NCBI GenBank assembly: GCA_030248215.1
Contig: JASANG010000443.1
Coordinates: forward strand, 124,001 to 188,000
DNA: 64,000 bases
Source: Enoplolaimus lenunculus
Taxonomy: Eukaryota
Reading direction: 5' to 3'
Below the pieces are notes generated by a model. That model was not told the DNA's origin, searched no databases, and saw only the letters and a list, made by a program, of their open reading frames with translations. The first letter of the stretch is position 1, and the number at the start of each line of letters is the position of its first letter. Of this stretch, positions 23,875-37,218 are shown one piece after another. Both the position numbers and the translations under genes were made by a program.

Positions 23875-26800
23875 AATAAATAAAAACTAAAAGAATGTGA
23901 TAGTTTGTATACACGAAAACTAAATATAACGTGAATATTGTACAAAAATTGTTATATTTTACCGTGTTTCCATGGTGATGAATGTTTATTACCGTCTCAA
24001 AACGTGAGATTAAGCATACAAACAAGATGGTATTTTGCTAATACTGATACCTCTTGTGTATTTCGTGTGCGACTATTACAAAAATAACCTTATACGGCCC
24101 ATGTATAGAACAAGGCCGGAACGTTTTTTCTGCGGGTTTGTAATAGAGTCAGCTTAAGCTTTAGACTAAATTTTTTTTGCTTGGCTTAGGCTTAGGCTTT
24201 TAGGCTTAAAATAGGCTCATCCGTACGCTTAGGCTTAGGCATAGGCTTAGGAATATGCGTATACTACTGTTCCGGACCTGTACTATACATGGCCCACAAC
24301 AGCGGGTTGTACTTTTTAATACCAACCATAACGCCGACCTACAATTAACGTTGGAAGCGCGCCAAATTCCGATATTTCACTATAACTCGTTAGCCAGACG
24401 TCTGATTGCGGAAAATTTAACGCCATTCGGCTCAGCTCTACCTGCCACGTCGAACGGTATATATCTTGTATAACTTTTTTAAATAATTTTTGTTTTCAGG
24501 GAGGAACTTAGGTCGTTAAAAAATCGAATGTTTCAAAATTTCAAATTGGGCATAAAATGATCAAAGGAGACCGTGACAAGCCCAAATATGCAAAAATTTT
24601 CAAATTCCAACCATTTTTGGGCAAATGTCGCTTGGGGGCGGATAACTGAACTGATCCGTTGCATCGGAGGAAGTAGGGACAATGTGGACACTGTTTTGAC
24701 TCAGCTGTCTGGCAATAAGAATTCGTTCCAAACAGTGACTAAGAATAAGAGATCGTTTGGACAGACTGTATAATCGCTAAACGAATCTACGGCAATTCAT
24801 CGACCGACAACTTGTCCACTGATATTTGGTCGCCCGACATCTCGTCGATCCGACAACTTGTTAACCCGACAACTCGTCGACCCGAATAACTCGTCGAAAC
24901 CATAGAAATATTGTTTTATGCAATTGGTTAAAAATGTAGCACGATCCATAAAGTGATTTTGCTGGTCACCAGAAACGTAGTGTTTGTAGAGTATAAAATG
25001 TTTCCCGCAAGCCTGACAACATACACTGTTGTCGAAAATAACGAACATTCAGAGTTAAGGTTATGCAAATCACATCGCTGCGGGATTTTATGCTATGACC
25101 GTTGCTTTCGTGGTGGACATTCAATTATAGGAAAAGATATGCGCTGTAAATTCCAATGAGATGATTAATCAATTCAGCAAGCGAGTTGGTTATTTCTGAA
25201 TTAATATCAGTAAATATTAACTCACTCCGAGTTGAGTTGATTCTCACTCTGAGTTTAGTTGAATTTGGGCGAGTTGAATAAATAACTCAGAATGAATGGA
25301 ATTAATTCAAAATTTTGAGTTCTGATAGTCTTAACTCAGATTGAGTGATCCAACTCATTCTGAGTTAAAATCAACTCACTGAAATTTACAATGTATTTAA
25401 GAGAACGTATCCTTTACACTGAAGATTAGGCTTAAACTTTTAGGAATTAACTTTTAGGTTTTAACTGTTTAACACGCAAGTATCTAAAGGTTCATCAATA
25501 TATCCAATCTGAGAGCGATATTGACTATACTGTAAATTCCAGTGAGTTGATTTTAAGTCCGAATGAGTTGAATTCACTCAGATGTCTGAACTCTGAATTA
25601 GATCTTTCAGAACTCACAATTTTAAATTGATTGAACTTTATTCTGAGTTTATTAATCAACTCACCCGGAATTAAATCATCTCATCGTAAGTTAATGTTTT
25701 CGGTTTTATTAACGCAGAAATAGCCAGAAATAACCAAATCTATCTCTGAATGGATCGATCAACTCATTGGAATTTACAGTGCATCAAAGTCGGTTTTGCT
25801 CATTTTTTAAACGTTTTCAGCTGCTGGGTATTTTAGTTCCCATTCCAAAGTTTCGTTTCCGTTGGCAAATCACTGTTATTAATAAAAGATAACAAAAATT
25901 GACTAATAATAATAATAAAGTTCTTGCGATATCGATAAACTTGCAAATATATAGAACACAGCCGGAACACTAGTATAAACATATACTTAAGCCTAAACCT
26001 AAACCTAAGCGCAAGGATGAACCTATTTCTAAGCGTAAGCCTAAGCAAAAACGTTAGTCTAAATTTAAGCTTAATCTATTACAGGGTCGAAGGAAGACGA
26101 TCCGGCTGTGTCTATGCGTGGGCCAGTATCAAACGATAGAAAAAATCATTTAGCGAGTCTTCAAACTTTACGGCCACAGTATTTTAATGTCCACACGTAA
26201 CCATATCCGTGTACAACCACGTCCTGATTTGCGGACTGTCTTCGTGACATAGGCATCCCTTAACCAATTGACCAGGTCAAAATATTCAACCAAACGACTG
26301 TTGTTTTCTATTTCATAACCCTATCCACAAGCACATTTTTGGCTTCTGCAAACTCTGGCAATTTTTTTCCGTTTGGTTAACCCATACACAGCTCCTATTC
26401 GCCTTGACTGAAGTGTACACTGTAAATTCGAGTGAGTTCATTTTAACGCAGAATGAGTTGAATTCAATCAGAGGCCTGTCAGCTCTGCATTAGGTCTTAG
26501 ACCTCAGAATTCTGAATTGATTGAAGTGATTCTGAGTTGTTTAATCAACACAGCCGGAAGTAAATCAGCACAGAGCGAGTTAATGTTTTGTTTTATTAAT
26601 TCAGAAATAGCCAGAAATGTCTAATTCGCCCTCTGAATTGATTAATTAGCTCAGATAGAGAATTAGCTATTTCGGGGTGTTGCTGAATTAATAACAGTAA
26701 ATATTAACTCCCTCTAGCTACCCGTGATACGCGGAAAAACCTTAAAATTGAAAATAATTATTAAAAAATACACAATGAAGCTTGACTAAAATGCATTGTA

Positions 26801-27819
26801 ACACAGCCACCAGTGTAAGCATCGAAGTTTTGTCAAATATGACTAAGATTAACTTTTGAGACTAAAGATGAAGCCAACGCCTCAGCTTAGGTTTGCTTTA
26901 AGGTTGATGTTTATATTTTGCGACCCATATGCTAAAACGACTCAAGCAACTGTTAGCAATAGGTTTTCAAACTCACTAACAATTGCAGTTGTTACACTCA
27001 AAAATGGTACACGAATAGAGCAAATCATATGCAAAAAATGTGCTAAATATTGAGCCTCAGAATTGCACTGATTCGATAGTTACAAGACCTATCACGCAAC
27101 TGATGATAGGTGCTATACACATTTGACAATACGGGCCCTAGGTTATAGTTCGGATTAATAGGAGCTTGGTTTGTTTCAACTTTACAACATTTATAACCAG
27201 CCAAATACGACAAATGACTGTGTCATAGAATTCGGGGAATTCTTATGAAAACAGTAATATGATCCGTAAAATTACTAAGCATGAATATATTGTACCTAAC
27301 ATACGCAATATATATAGAATATGTATATAATATGTGATATACATGATGTATATATACTTTGTTTTATACACTTTTCTTTGTACATTATATATTTGTGTAT
27401 ATGTATATGTATATATATATTTATATATATGTGCGTAAAACAATGCAAACAATAGCTAAATTTGAAATATATATCAAAATGTAGTCAGATTACTGTCAGA
27501 AAACAATATTTCAATTCGTTTTTGTTTCGGACAAAAATAGTCAAATAATGACTGTTCAAAGTTTTGTCAAAAGATTGCGGCAAATAAGAGAGAATTTGTA
27601 TAAAATGTCAAAATAATGATGTTTTTGTTGATATATTTTATATTTTCCAAAAATAGTCGCTTGTTTTTATTTTAGAATATTTTTAATGATCGGTTTGGCT
27701 TAGAAATTTTTAACGTTGAAAATTTTTGCAAATTTCACTCGAATTGTTTATTAGTGAAAACAACTTGACTATTTTTACTAAATTTTAATGCAAATTTTGC
27801 AATATCTTGCGTACACCAG

Positions 27820-28070
27820 CACTGTAAATTTCATGAGTTGATTTTAACTCAGAATGAGTTGAATCACTCAGTCTGAGTTAGGACTATCAGAACTCAAAAT
27901 TTTGAGTTGTTTCAATTTATTCTGAGTTAATTAATCAACTCACCCAGAGTCAACTCAACACAGAGTGAGAATTAACTCAACTTAGACTGAGTTAATGTTT
28001 ACTGATATTAATTCAGAAATAACCAACTCGTTAGCTGAATTGATTAATCAACTGATTGGAATTTACAGTG
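27820..28070. mobile_element. CACTGTAAA...TTTACAGTG MITE (~250 bp, CMC/EnSpm-like), type copy; about 27 copies in window
   Basis: TIR CACTGTAAATT(T/C)CA(G/A)TGAGTTGATT, internal GAGTT/AACTC subrepeats, 2-bp TSD AG. Other copies near 3306, 9152, 15035, 16637, 21406, 22023, 22818, 25142, 25528, 32130, 34137, 36506, 38866, 39915, 40416, 48953, 49348 and 57195. Confidence 0.9.
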
Positions 28071-28086
28071 AGGTGACTTTTAAGGT

Positions 28087-28293
28087 GGTAGTGTGATCGA
28101 CACTGAAGCTGTTTGTTTGCTTTAGTGTTCTATATACTGAAGCTATTGAGCATCAGTGTGTAGCATACTGAAGTTTTTTAAGCTTTAGTGTTCTTCACAA
28201 AACTTTTTTAGCTTCAGTGTTTTTCACAAAACTTTTTTAGCTTCAGTGTTTTTCACAAAACTTTTTTAGCTTCAGTGTTCGCGTCACATTACC
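28087..28293. repeat. Small inverted-repeat element with internal 30-bp tandem units
   Basis: GGTAGTGTGA..ACACTGAAGCT / AGCTTCAGTGTT..TCACATTACC ends. TTTTTTAGCTTCAGTGTTTTTCACAAAAC repeated about 3 times. Confidence 0.65.
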
Positions 28294-29580
28294 AAGTGTA
28301 CGCATGATATTGTGGAATTTGCATAAAGGCTGAAGAATTTGAATTTGTCCAAAAATAGTTACTTAAACTAAAATACCTTTAGGATTTTAGGTAAAATTTT
28401 GTTTATCGCGATTTCTTATAAACTGAGGTTATTGATTGGCCTGTAGCTTAAAGCTTATTGAGCGCAGCGTTTCACTAATTATTAGGATTACAACCAATCT
28501 AATTTTCGCAATAAAGGGTTTTTGAGTGAGAGGAATCTAAAGAAATTCCCTACTGTAGTGACCCGAATAAGATGGGAAGTAATAACAGGGGGTCCCCATT
28601 TTGAGTCCCAATCAGTAGGAGTCCATATCCCTAATAAGAATACCGTAAGCGGATAGATTCCTTAAACCCTAATCTGAGTCCATAAATGTCAATTATTCCT
28701 AATTGTAGTGCATAAATGACTCCAGGACCAACTTAAGTTTAGTTCGAAACTTTAAAACATATTTAAGTTTTGAAAGTACATTGCTAAAGTATAATCTTGC
28801 ATTATCGCTCTAGGTTTTGATACAAGACAAGTAAATGTTTACGGCAACGAATAATTGCAATACCGGATCTCAGTAACAAAGGGGGGGCTGAATGTGGCTT
28901 AAAATAAACAACAGTCCGTACCCGAATAACGGTTTGGTACCCTCTGTAGAGGCCAAATAATTATCAGTTCCCCCTCTAAATTCGGGTCACTCTCGCTGCA
29001 GTAGGACCGCCACGGCAAAAACGGCCAAATATTATGGTTCTTTGGTTAAAATTGGAAAGATCGGCTAACGGTGTTTCCACGAATCAGTTTCTTTATCGTA
29101 CAGAATTCAATACAGGTTTACTCGGATCCCGGCGTCCCAGCATACGTTTCTGGCTACGATCCTGATCCGCCGGTTTAATTTTTTCTGGCTACGATCCTGA
29201 TCCGCCGGTTTAATTTTACAATTTAGGCATCAAAATAGCCCACTTTCGCTGAGGTTAATCTTCAATGTTGGTAGATCATTTTGTGCCCTGTCTACCGACT
29301 GCGAGACATAATTAAATTTTATGAACCGCTAATGAAGTACAGCTGCGTAGCGTTTGAGCTTCGATTCCATCAAACCTGTACCTGCGGAACAGGCATTGAA
29401 TTATAAGCTGTGCGGTGTCAGCCTTTTATGTCTTGGCGAACGTCGACAATTAATTGTGCTTTGTTTACGTTTGTGCAATTATTGATTTTAGCGATTCGGA
29501 CTCTTAGCTGTGTATAGCATCTATTGATAGTTAGGCTTTCATACCAGCCATTTGCGCAACGGACAACTCTTAAATTTTTT

Positions 29581-29776
29581 GGCCAATGTAAAGAACAGGG
29601 ACGGAACAGTATTATAAGCATATTCGTAAGCATAAGCGTAAGCCTAAGCGTAAGAATAAGCATATTCCTAAGCCCAAGTCTGGCCCTAAGCCAATCAAAA
29701 ATATTAGTTTAAACCTAGAGCTTACTGTATTGCAGCCCGACAGAAATACGTTCCGCTCCTGATCTTTACATGGGCC
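29581..29776. mobile_element. GGCC-ended TTAGGC MITE
   Basis: Full TIRs. TAAATTTTT on both flanks. Confidence 0.8.
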
Positions 29777-30384
29777 TAAATTTTTGAAGCACAGCAAATC
29801 GAAGCCGAAAAAATGTACTTCATTTTGTCGTTCACTTGAATAAAAATTTAAAATGCAAGTTGGTCCGGTGACTGACTGGACGCCATAGAATGAAGAATTT
29901 TTGACTGGAAATTTTCTTACTTGAAAATTGTTTCAAAATTCTCCGAATTTTACTAAAAGCTCAATGCGTAAATTAGATGCAAAATTAGTACGTTTTTCAG
30001 TCTCATCGTAGACTGAGAAATTTTAAAAAATTGTATTTTAATTAATTTAAGATTCGAGCAATTTTGAGCTCAAACCAATGTATAGAACAAGGCCGTTTAC
30101 AGTGGTAGAAGCATATTCCGAAACCTAAGGCTAAGTCTAAGTGTAAGAATTAGCTTATGCCCGAACTAAATCATAAGCATGAAGGTTACGCAAAAAATCA
30201 ATCTGAAGCTTGTGTTACCATATTGCAGTCCCACAGAAAAACGTTTCGCCCTTGATCTTTACCTGGGACAAAGTTTTAAAAGAATGTTTTATTTTTTGAC
30301 AATGTAGTTGAAGCATACGTATTTTAGAAATAAATTATAGTTTACCTTCCTAATACCCAAACATCCTTATATACTGCGCTCCCA

Positions 30385-30630
30385 CACTCAAAATAATATT
30401 TCTGATATTTAAGAAAAAATTTCTTACATTTGAGAAATATGATTAGCAAGGCGCACTTGAAAAGTATTTCTGTTATAAAAGAAATGTTTTCAAAAACGTT
30501 TTGAAATAAAGTCTGAAAATAAACATTTTCCAGTTATTTTTAGAAAAATTGTCTTAAATATCAGCAAAACTTTTCAGATTTGCCACAGAAAACACTTTTC
30601 TGAATAAATTCAGAAATACTAGTTTGTGTG
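30385..30630. mobile_element. CAC...GTG MITE, third family (inverted copy)
   Basis: Reverse complement of 1308-1553, with CA TSD. Confidence 0.85.
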
Positions 30631-31491
30631 CACTAAAACGAAATGTCGATACAAAACGTAAACTGCTATGTATTGAATATAAGCACCATAGAACTTCCGG
30701 CCAATGTTACTTTCACGGCCGTAACACTAGATTAAGCGTATTCCTAAACGTAAGCCTAAGCCTAAGCGTTAGAAAAGCGTATTTCTAAGCCTAAGCCTAT
30801 TAAGCCTAAGCGCTAGGAAATAAATGTAGTCTAGAATGTCACCTACTCTTTTACAGGGCCTTAAAAGTAACACGGGCCAAAACTTTTATACTTCAATATC
30901 CGTTTTTCGTTTGCGTTATATTTTGATTACTATTCGTTCGTGTTTCCGTTATTCTTTACTATCTGTTTGCATTTTGGTTTTAGACGATAAAGCCATTGAA
31001 TAATTGTTCTTCGAAGTGTTCTTTTCTCAGTGGGGGCTCTTAGAGAAACTTATTAATAGTTTCTGTTTTAGAATACGTTTTTCATAGTTCATCGCATGGC
31101 CCATGTTACTTTAAGGGACGCCCAGGTTTTCTTGGGGGTTTATCAAAGAGTAGGTTTAGATTCTAGATTACATTTTTTTGCTTATGCTTTTAGGCTTAGG
31201 CTTAGGCTTGGGCTTATGCATTAGCAACTCATTTCTGTAACGCTTAGGCTTAGACTTAGGCTTAGGAATACGCTTAATCTACTGTTACGCTCCTTAAAGT
31301 AACATTGTCCGTTCATATTATATTCTCATGTATTAACGAACCAGGTGAACTTTATACGGCTATTGCGGTCAGGCTTGGAGCAGCCAGTCCCAATCCTGTC
31401 ATTTGGCGTGGGGCCCACCTCAAAGAGGGCCCGCCACCCTAGCAAGGAATTAAACTAAAAATTTAAAAATATTTTACTCGTCGCTAGTGGC

Positions 31492-31674
31492 CAGTGGCGG
31501 ATTCAGGATCTCAAAATGGGGGGGGGGGGCAAAATTTCACAGGTAATAAACTAACTTTTGACCCACACACAAACCACGAACTATTGTCACAAAATTGCTA
31601 AGTATGTAATTTTTGTCGAGATGCTGCTGGGGGGAGGTCACAGCCGGGGTGGTCCCCCCATGGATCCGCCATTG
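31492..31674. mobile_element. hAT-like MITE (CAGTGGCGGAT TIR)
   Basis: Flanks CTAGTGGC / CTGGTGGC (8 bp, 7/8). Confidence 0.7.
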
Positions 31675-33758
31675 CTGGTGGCCCAACCTCGGAGTTTTGC
31701 GGGAGGGCAGCTTTAGTCTGCTCCGGCAATTATTTTGGCTATTCAGAGTATTTTCGCTCAACAATTGCACAAAACTTTATACGCAAAATGCTGGCAAGCG
31801 GAATGACCAGAATAATCTCCTAAGCCTAAGCCTAAGCCAAGCCTAAAACACTGTCAGTACTAGCAAACGGGTGTGAAACTAAACGTTCAAAATTTAGATG
31901 AAAGCAAATAGAAGTTTTTGTGCTCGCATACAATCTCAGTTCAAAATTATTCTCATTCACAATCCCCCGCCCCCAAGAAAAAACTTTCAACATTCTTTAG
32001 TAGCCCTGGAAAGGATTGATGGATCAGTTGCGCCTTTTGCCCACAAAATGGCTAAATGCGCTGGTGAACTCGCGTTGTTTAATCCGTCATATTTTTGATC
32101 CCACACTTGTTGACTCAATTTGCCGGGAACAGTGCAAATTTCAGTGAGTTGATTTTAACTCAGAATGACTTGAATCACTCAGTTGAGTTAGGACTATCAG
32201 AACTACTCAGAATGTTGAGTTTATTCAATTCATTCTGAGTTAATTAATTAACTCACCCACAGTCAACTCAACTCAGAGTGAACTAAATGTTTACTGATAT
32301 TAATTCAGAAATAACCAACTCGATCGCTGAATTGATTAATCAACTCAATTGGGATTTACAGTGATATACTCACCGTTCGGTTGCAACAAAGTTAGCCAAA
32401 TGTTCATTGCTCAAACCGAAGTCAAACAAAACCATCAATTTCACCAATCATCGGAATGAATGATTCTTGAGCGTAAACCTGAGCAAGCTTAACCATAGCG
32501 CATGCGTGTGCGAAGCTGAAATTTGAATAACCAAATGTAATTCTTGCGATCTTGTACAATATTTCTCTGAAAAATCCACTCTTGGTTAATTTCTTCCAAA
32601 AACATTGGCCAATCTCCCCCCCCCCCCAGAACTTTACCTCACGGACAGTCTCTTCCCCCGAAAATTTCTGGCGTAGACAATGTCACACTACCCTGCGCCG
32701 TACCCGTAAGTTTCCGTGTCCCGTAGCACAATGTTAATTTTTCATAAGATCGATACAAACTGCGTGGGTGATCGAAACCGTTTACCCGACAACAGAAGTT
32801 GTTTATTCAATAGAAAAACCTATAAACACTGTAAATTTCAATGAGTTAATTAATCAACTCCAGACGGAAAGTTAGTTATTTCTGAATTAACAACAGGAAA
32901 CTTAAGCTCACTTTGAGTTGAGTTGATTCTTACTCTGAGTTGAGTTGATTCTTACTCTGAGTTGAGAGTTGATTCTTACTCTGAGTTGAGAGTTGATTCT
33001 TACTCTGAGTTCAATGTATATATTCTTACTCTGAGTTGAGTTGATTCCGCGGAAGTTGATCAATTCAACCAGAATGAGTTGAATCAACGCACAATTCTGA
33101 GTTCTGAAAATCCAAAAACTCACACTGAGTCATTCAAGTCATTCTGAGTCAAAATTAAACTCACTGAAATTTACGGTAAACTTGCAACTCTAAAACCTAC
33201 AATTATTTCACGACATCACAACGAAATTGCTTTACTTACGAGTCCAAAATTATAATTAATCTTTTCATCTAAACTGACATGACGAGCTGGAATAGCGGTT
33301 AAATCTTGCTGACAGTAATTAAAACTAATTTCACGCTGATGATTGTTTTAAACCTAAAACGCCAGCGTTTTTGTCAAACCTTAGTCAAAATTACTTAGCT
33401 ACTACTTGTTTTTCTATTAATGTTAAGAGTCAAATACCTTAGTGAATTGGCGATATCTTTTATTTGAGAATGTTTGCCAGAAATCGTTTACAATAGTGAA
33501 CATTGCTGGATATTGATAATTTAGGCAAAATGTCATTGTTCTAACAGTTACCGTAGATGAAAATTACTTAGCTAACGGGTGTTCAACCGCTATCGAGATT
33601 CTCCAATAGAATTTGAGTATCCAACAAAATGAGCAACTTTTATTTGAAAATGATTGGTGGAAAAGTATTTTCTTTTACTTGGGATAGTGACGCATTAATG
33701 AACAGATCACACTGTACAATAAACGGCGACCGCAAGTTTAAGAAGCTGGAACTGTAGT

Positions 33759-33922
33759 CAGGCCCGTAGCCAAGTGGGGGCCAGGGGGGGTCAGCACCCC
33801 TGGAAAAGTTTGGCCACCCCTGGAAAGTCTTCAACCTTGGTTGTAACTCATTGAAAGCCCTTGAATGCCCCTACTAAAAAAATTTTAGCCCCCCCCAGCA
33901 AGGTGAGCTGGCCACGGGCCTG
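33759..33922. mobile_element. hAT-like MITE (CAGGCCCGTAGCCA TIR)
   Basis: Flanks ACTGTAGT / ACCGTAGT (8 bp, 7/8). Relatives near 4126, 39450 and 50570. Confidence 0.75.
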
Positions 33923-35549
33923 ACCGTAGTTGGAACGGAAGGCCGATAAAATTTGGCCGTGAAGGAAGTAAAGCGAGGTCATGTGACTGATATTTGTCCC
34001 AATAAATAATGCGTGCGTTCCGTACATGCCACGACCCTGCCGTTTTGAATTGACAGTAAAAGTAATTTTCGTCGCGTCACTTGCGGTACAAATTGGTGCA
34101 CATTTAGGCGTTTTTGGCAAAAGTGTAGCGAACACACACTGTAAATTCCAATGAGTTGATAATTGAATTCATCTTGCGAGTTGGCTATTTCTGAATTAAT
34201 AATATCAGTATACATTAACTCATTCTGAGTTGAGTTAAATTCTCACTCTGAGTTGAGTTGACTCTGGGTGAGGTGGTTAATTAATTTTGAATGAATTGAA
34301 TCAACTCAAAATTCTGAGTTCTGATAGTCGTAACTCAAACTGACTGATGCAACTCATTCTGAATTAAAATCAACTCACTGAAATTTACAGTGAATTTTTG
34401 GGTGCGAAAATCTGCAAAGTTCATTTTGTGGCGAAAAATTGAAGTTTCGGCGGAAATTGAGTACTGCTGTAATTTTGCGGGCAATTGAAACTGTGAGAGC
34501 AGTTTATATTTTGGCCGGAACTAAAACATCTTTTGTGGAAAAATTCAAAACACTGCTTAAGCTATAAAACGTGGTTGAAAAACTGTTTATATGGTCTATT
34601 TTGAGAAATTAAAGCAATTTATACTTTGAAAATTGAACGAATGTTCACGTTACCAGTTGTGCGCTTTGTACCTTATTTGTCACCTACCACCCATGGCAGT
34701 AAAGTAGAAACAACCTACACGAATAGGTTGCTAGCTAGCCACTACCTATTTGGTTACCTTACGTTTGTAGCTATGGATAACTAGTCTTTTTGCTTTGTTA
34801 CCCATATAGGTGGTACCTTGTGATTGTTTCAACAATAGCTAATGTAATTTTTAGATTTTTTTCGAAAGATATATTGTAAAAACAGACTAAACCAGACTTG
34901 TAAAATAAAACTCAGTCAAAAACAATATGTCAATTTCCGAAATTTGAGGACCTGATTTATGAAGCATAAGCCAGACACAAGTAATTTTAACCAATGTATG
35001 TAGGTTTGAACACCTAACTACGCTGACGCCAATAAAATTTCAATAACCGTTAATTTACTAAAGATCTGAAAAATTGCATAGAATTATTCAGAAAACACAG
35101 ATATTAATCGCTATAATATATCCTACCGCTTAGTCTGTCTAAACCCTCGCTGGCGGATTGACCCACTTAAAGGTCAGGAGCGGAATGTTTTTCTGTGGAA
35201 CCGCAACAGAGTAAGCTTACCCTTTAAATTATTTTTTGTCTAGAATTAGGCTTAGGAATACGCTTATAAACGCTGTTTTACGGACCTGTTCCATACGTTG
35301 ACAGGGAACACGCGGATCCCCTCTTTCTTTATTGATCACTTCAGCAGATTTTGATTTCACAACCTACCTGGCTCCGCTCTCCGTAGATCCCACCATTAAC
35401 CAGGATTGGAATCAAACGTGGACCCCCATCCATGTGCAAACAGCAGCTTTCTTTTAGTATTTTTTAAGGATTGATAAAATAGTTTTGAGATAATATTAAA
35501 ATAAGTTTATATCTTGTATACACTGTAAATTCCAGTGAGTTGCTTTTAA

Positions 35550-35816
35550 CCCTTTCTCACATGAATATTTTCAATTTCATATGAGATGTATTTTCAACGT
35601 AATATTCGAATCCCAGTCTCACCGGTGGGAGGCATTTACAATGACCACTGAGCTATAGGAGCTTGCCTGCAGCTCGAGCACGAGGTGGCTCTAAAGTCTT
35701 GTGGAGATTTTGCACTGCGCATATATGTTATAAATGTTAAACATTGCCCACAGTGTGTGTATTGCTCGTACATTATTGTATTTAGTTGCTCATAGTATAC
35801 TCTATGAGTGAAAGGG
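35550..35816. mobile_element. piggyBac-like MITE, subfamily B, nested in a CACTGTAAA MITE
   Basis: The host's single TTAA is duplicated on both sides. An inverted relative lies at about 14687-14945. Confidence 0.85.
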
Positions 35817-36955
35817 TTAACTTAAAATAAGTTGAATCACTACAATCTGAATTAGGACTATCAAAACTCAAAATTCTCAGTTGACGAAACTTTATCTGAG
35901 TTAATTAATCACTTCACCCGGAGTCAACTCAACTCAAAGTGAAAGTCAACTCAACTCAGAGCAAGTTAATGTTCAGTGTCCTTAACTCAGAAATAACTAA
36001 CCCGCCATCTGAGTTAATTAGTCAACTCATTGGATATTACAGTATGTTTTGGTATTTTTTATTGTGCTGTGTTGTTTTAGTTTCTAGTCGATATCTGGAC
36101 CGCTATTAAATGTATTATTGTTCCACCCTGCCACTTGGGCGGAACGAAATAGTGGATAGTATGCCTTCACACTTGTGCCGGGGTCGTAAACACTTATATT
36201 AAGTGAAGTGATAAATTGTCACGTCCGTGTGTAACACAGGATCGGGCCGTTCTTTCCACGGGACTGCAATAGAATAAACGCTTGTTTTAGAATATTTTTT
36301 GCTTAGGCTTTATAGTTTAGGATTTCGCTAGGGTTTAGGCTTAAGCTTTATTTTAACTTTAGGCTTAAGAATATGCTTATACGGCTCTCAATGTTTGCAT
36401 GGGCCAATTCTCGTAAGGGTGTTTTTTTGTCTAAAATATGTAGAACAAATTTAAAAGTTGAAAAATAAAAGTTTATAATCAGTAAATTGAAAAGCGTTTT
36501 TGCTACACTGTAAATTCCAGTGAGTTGATTTTAACTTAGTATGAGTTGAATCACTCAATATGAGTTAAGACTTTCAGCACTCAAAATTCTGACGCAGTAA
36601 AACTCACTCTGAGTTAATTATTCAACTTACGCGGAATCAACTGAACTCAGAGTGAGGATTAGTTCAACTTAGAGTGAGTTAATGTTAACTCAGAAACAAC
36701 TAACTCTCTAGCTGAGTTGATTTATCAATTCCTTGGAATTTACAGCGTATGAGCCGTAAAATCCCACCACTAGCGAATCCAAAGGGGCGACTCAATTTGA
36801 GAGACGGTGTATTCCAGTCGATTAAAATCAAATTTTTTGTAAGATTTAATACTAAAATTGCGTTTGGCTTCTCGCTCGCTTAGTTCAAACAGCGCCAACG
36901 TTAACCTTATCTTCGCTCTGTCAAACGGTCTCGTTGATCACATCGAAAGGTTTAA

Positions 36956-37218
36956 CCCTTTCTCACATGAATATTTTCTATTTCCCATGAGACCTACTTT
37001 TATGCTAGGATTCGAACTCCAGTGACTGGAGTGGGAGGCGTATACCATCACCAGTCAGCTATACGAGCTTGACGCTCGAGCCCGAGGGGGCTATCACGTC
37101 TTGTGGTGATTTAGTACTATGTATACGTGTTGCAATTGTTAAACACGGAGCGATATATATTATTTAACGTATATACACTGCGCTGAGTTGCCTACAGGCA
37201 ATTCAATGTGAGAAGGGG
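36956..37218. mobile_element. piggyBac-like MITE, subfamily A
   Basis: TTAA flanks and the same TIRs and interior as 17268-17530. Confidence 0.85.

Noticed and set aside
28160..28280. Regularly spaced repeats as a CRISPR array (also 24800-24900, 29147-29217)
   Set aside because: Eukaryotic context, no unique spacers and no cas genes. These are simple tandem duplications.
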